Source: Macrostomum lignano | Taxonomy: Eukaryota | Assembly (NCBI GenBank): GCA_002269645.1 | Contig: NIVC01001076.1 | Location: 62,001 to 126,000 of the forward strand | Direction: 5' to 3' | DNA: 64,000 nucleotides | In this document: in pieces, positions 61,991 to 64,000 of the stretch | Numbering within the stretch: the stretch's first letter is position 1 | Layout: each line of letters begins with the position of its first letter | Program-made: the position numbers and the translations under genes | Notes under the pieces: model-generated | What the model saw: the letters and a program-made list of their open reading frames with translations, nothing else | Told to the model about the DNA's origin: nothing | Database searches by the model: none

Positions 61991-63468
61991 AAGTGGATGC
62001 TTAGGCGATGTGAAATTTATGTATTGTGAAATCGCCCACTTCTTCAAGTGTCTGCAATACTTGTAACACTTCTAACAGATAGACAATGACCAGCAATTGC
62101 TATGCGGTGTCCTTCAAGGACCTAATTATGATAGTTTCGAGACACTCAAACGGCGCATATCTCAGCAATCGGTGGTATCCATGGAAATAGGGGGGGGGGG
62201 TAAAAGGTTGGTTTTCTAGGGAAAAAGGGGGAGATTATTTGTGGCTGAGATAGGGATTTCAACTCGTCGTATAGGAGGGGATTTCGCATCCTTTGGGATT
62301 AATCAGACAAATGGCATTGCACTCCCCCCACCCGGGAGTCGCCACCATGCAGGAGCAGCGCAGGGACCAGAAACTTCTCATCCCTATGCCTATATAGAGA
62401 TATATTATACACAATAAATAAGCACCATTCCCCTATATATATATGAAGGGAATATTACATATAGACTGCCGGCAAAGGCAATCCATCACCATTTTTAGGC
62501 TCATGCAGGCACCCAAAAATGTGTAGGGTAGAGAGGTTGGTGGGTTAGGAAATAAAGATAGGGTAAGGGTTACCGTAACCCGGCCCAATTCTCAATAATA
62601 ACTCATTGTAGATATAAGCGCAGAATCTGGGACTGCATCGGTTGATGTCACAGATGAGGCCCGTATGGCCTCCCCTGCCTGCCCCTGCCATTGTTTCTGC
62701 AATTTGCGGCCATCGCATTCTCCTCATTCCCATAACCTATGCAAGCAGCATGCCCAAACCTAGGGGGAGTGGCCGTTCATTATTTATTACCTGCGCTTGG
62801 GCCTGGAGTCTCCTTGATCCCTTCTTCATCTGCAGGCCTTCCCCATATCTGACTTTGTATCTAAAGTATATATACAATACCATACCATACCATACCATAC
62901 CATACCATACCATAGGTAAGCTAAAAAATAGAGAGCGACTTCCAGTCCAGGTTCCAATTTTATCAGAAGTCTATGGTTGAAAAAGTAGAGTAATATATAT
63001 ATTGTAATATCATGGTATATATACATACATATACATATTATTACCTCTATAAGGGAGGCCACCCATCACAGGGCTGTCACGGATTCGATGGGACAATGTT
63101 GATGGCTTTGTGCGAGTCTGCGCTGTGTGCGCGAACGTAGCACGTTTGGTAAATAAAGGTGGGAAGAGAGGGTATGACAGAGAGAAGAGAGAGAGAGAGT
63201 CAAGTCACTCGACCTCTAGGCTCTTCCCCTCTTAGCTTCCCAAATTGGCAATATCGTATACACACACACGCATATTTATGCATTCACGTACACAGCGGTG
63301 CAATATAAACCAATAATCTCCTAAAATAATCTTGACTGGCTGGACAAAGGATTGCCCGGCCCTCTTTCGTAACTGCAAACCGGTTTCGAAACCTCAACCT
63401 GCAATACCTCATGAACGCGCCTGTTTAAACCACTGATAAATATTTGACAACTGTTCGCATTGTTGCAG

Positions 63469-63610
63469 CCATCCGCTGTTCCCTCTGCTCTGCCTGATTT
63501 TCGAGAAGTGCGAGCTGGCAACCTGCGCTCCCAGGGATCCTTCGGTGCCTGGCGGGGACATCTGCAGCAGCCAGAGCTTCGAGCAGGACATCGCGGAGTT
63601 CGCCAGGGAG
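63469..63610 (+). CDS. MEIS: Meis/homothorax, exon 3 (MEIS/HM domain, Pbx-interaction region)
   Basis: Acceptor TTGTTGCAG|C; reads [47 protein letters not shown]|GTGAGT, the hallmark MEIS A motif. The gene continues beyond the window. Confidence 0.95.
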
Positions 63611-63619
63611 GTGAGTAAT

Positions 63620-63870
<251 letters not shown>

Positions 63871-64000
63871 AGAATCATTCGGTCTCAAAAGTATACTCCT
63901 AAAAACAAGAGTAGGTCAGTTGGTTTGCAGTCGGAGATCAAGCAAAAGAATCATGGGATTTGCTTATCCTACTATAAGCAGCTGGGCACAGCTGGCCAAG

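Overview
Eukaryotic (animal) genomic DNA: GC-rich exons, AT-rich spacers and about 25 separate mini/microsatellite arrays. This style most resembles a free-living flatworm such as Macrostomum (inference, not verified). The left end holds nested mobile elements: the 5' LTR, tRNA primer-binding site and frameshifted gag of a Ty3/Gypsy element, abutting an internally deleted Tc1/IS630-type transposon, plus a LINE 3' fragment next to an orphan MAP2K-like kinase exon. Genes I could reconstruct by hand with phase-consistent splice sites are an intronless peptide-type GPCR, the last two exons of a TGN38/TGOLN2-KCT2-like protein with a large 15-aa repeat ectodomain, an intronless GT-A glycosyltransferase (horizontal-transfer candidate), a two-exon amidated neuropeptide precursor, a 7-exon NR1-type nuclear receptor with an atypical second zinc finger, and the first three exons of a Meis/homothorax gene running off the right end. 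Most ORFs in the supplied track are artefacts of tandem repeats. No CRISPR array, rRNA or complete tRNA was found. The most interesting items are the Cys-deficient nuclear receptor finger, the intronless glycosyltransferase, the neuropeptide, and a hAT-type MITE with a perfect 8-bp TSD that carries a minisatellite.
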